Below are positions 63,193 through 64,000 of a stretch of DNA of 64,000 nucleotides, one piece after another. The notes below the pieces were generated by a model. That model was not told the DNA's origin, ran no database searches, and saw only the letters and a list, made by a program, of their open reading frames with translations. Source of the DNA: Thermoanaerobaculia bacterium (GTDB lineage Bacteria; Acidobacteriota; Thermoanaerobaculia; Gp7-AA8); assembly GCA_036389275.1 (NCBI GenBank), contig DASVQE010000052.1, positions 33,680 to 97,679 on the forward strand, in the 5' to 3' direction. Positions within the stretch are counted from its first letter, which is position 1. Every line of letters begins with the position of its first letter. The position numbers and the translations under genes were made by a program.

Positions 63193-64000
63193 ATGCCGGA
63201 GAAGCAGAAGGCGGTTGCGAGGATTTTGGCCGCGCAAACAGCGCAGGAAATGCGAGAGATTGCAGAGCGGTACGACATGATCGCGGGCGGGAAGATCGAC
63301 CTTCGCGATACCAGGTGCCGATTCAATCACGCTGAGATTGATCTTAAGGAATTCCTGCTCACCGGCTGTGATCTGTCGGGGTCGACTCTGACGAACTGCA
63401 TGGGAGAGGGCGTCAGCTTCGACGGGTGCAGGCTGAAGCAGGTTCGCATCACGGCCGAGAAAGGCAGGAAGGTGTCGTTTCAGGAAGCTTCGTTCAATGA
63501 AGCTTTTTTGGAGGACGTCACAATCGGTCCTCGCACACTCGATCTCTCTCGGACTATGTACCGGAAGGCGCGTCTGCGAAACGTCACCTTCACAATGGGA
63601 AAGCTTTTCAATGCGGATTTCACCGGCGCGCTCTTCGAGGATGTGTTTTTTCGAAGCGCTGAATTGAAGAGCGCAAGCTTCCGAGGGGCGAGTCTTACGA
63701 GAGTCTCGTTTGAAAAGGCAACGCTCGAGGACGCTGATTTCTCCCAGGCGGAGTTTCATCAAATGGAGCACTGGGGAGAGCCCGATTTTTCCGGCGCTAA
63801 AATCAGCGATGATCTGCGGTATAGGTACGGGATTGTCCGCGATCCGTCCTCAAAGATTGTTGCGCTCATCAATAGCGGCAGGTTCAATCAAGACGAAGCC
63901 GCTGTACTGAGCGCCTTTCTCGAGCGCAACAGAGACTTTCTCTCGAATCCCGAAGTGATGCTGATCGGGTCCGAGTACGATATCGACGCTGGCCTGTTCG
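63193..64000 (+). CDS. pentapeptide-repeat protein, candidate immunity protein (at least 269 aa; runs off the 3' end of the window)
   Basis: Own translation from ATG 63193, 2 nt after the toxin TAG, open to the window end: MPEKQKAVARILAAQTAQEMREIAERYDMIAGGKIDLRDTRCRFNHAEIDLKEFLLTGCDLSGSTLTNCMGEGVSFDGCRLKQVRITAEKGRKVSFQEASFNEAFLEDVTIGPRTLDLSRTMYRKARLRNVTFTMGKLFNADFTGALFEDVFFRSAELKSASFRGASLTRVSFEKATLEDADFSQAEFHQME... Tandem A(D/N)(L/F)xx pentapeptides. GC about 50-55%, well below background. Not in the supplied ORF track because there is no stop in the window. Confidence 0.75.
   Translation, partial: MPEKQKAVARILAAQTAQEMREIAERYDMIAGGKIDLRDTRCRFNHAEIDLKEFLLTGCDLSGSTLTNCMGEGVSFDGCRLKQVRITAEKGRKVSFQEASFNEAFLEDVTIGPRTLDLSRTMYRKARLRNVTFTMGKLFNADFTGALFEDVFFRSAELKSASFRGASLTRVSFEKATLEDADFSQAEFHQMEHWGEPDFSGAKISDDLRYRYGIVRDPSSKIVALINSGRFNQDEAAVLSAFLERNRDFLSNPEVMLIGSEYDIDAGLF

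Noticed and set aside
63187-63910. ORFs 63187..63771 (minus) and 63710..63910 (plus)
   Set aside because: They are antisense or out-of-frame relative to the pentapeptide-repeat gene, whose A(D/N)LxG periodicity identifies the true frame.
1-64000. T6SS-delivered RHS effector interpretation (PAAR/VgrG-linked)
   Set aside because: No PAAR, VgrG, Hcp or other T6SS gene is present in 64 kb. Both RHS proteins instead carry N-terminal Sec signal peptides.

Overview
This is high-GC DNA (about 70% G+C by eye). Three very large co-directional plus-strand ORFs dominate the window, of 2981, 9232 and 6725 aa. Each starts with a Sec-type signal peptide and each has extensive internal protein-level repeats, so they are real genes rather than chance ORFs.

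Two of them (553..9498 and 43013..63190) are RHS/YD-repeat polymorphic toxins. Each ends in an RHS-repeat-associated core followed by a C-terminal domain I cannot assign to a known toxin family. A lower-GC candidate immunity gene sits immediately downstream of each: an unassigned 159-aa protein after the first, and a pentapeptide-repeat protein after the second that runs off the 3' end of the window.

The third giant gene (15261..42959) has no RHS or toxin module. It is a modular surface-type protein built from carboxypeptidase-regulatory-like domains, SbsA-type Ig domains, three Gly-rich modules that look beta-helix-like, and a long array of LVIVD-repeat beta-propellers interleaved with about 95-aa Ig-like domains. 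It lies only 53 nt upstream of the 6725-aa toxin gene. The two together look like a roughly 48-kb two-giant-gene operon, preceded by a small secreted-protein gene.

Both toxin genes carry long stretches of non-RHS repeat domains inside or ahead of the RHS region. Both RHS-core/toxin/immunity modules show a clear codon-composition shift relative to the rest of the gene, consistent with cassette exchange. I saw no T6SS (VgrG/PAAR/Hcp), T7SS, CdiB/two-partner or Tc-toxin A-component genes in the window. The best reading is therefore a Sec-exported, WapA/teneurin-like giant-RHS surface antagonism locus of unusual size and architecture.

Between the toxin loci lie housekeeping-type genes. These are a LytS-family histidine kinase with a LytTR response regulator, a DUF4386-like membrane protein, a secreted alpha/beta hydrolase, and a partial SAM-dependent methyltransferase at the 5' edge.

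The many long minus-strand ORFs in the supplied track are antisense artefacts of high-GC coding sequence. Domain and family names are from reading the translations by eye. No database search was run, and coordinates of sub-features are approximate to within about 30 nt.
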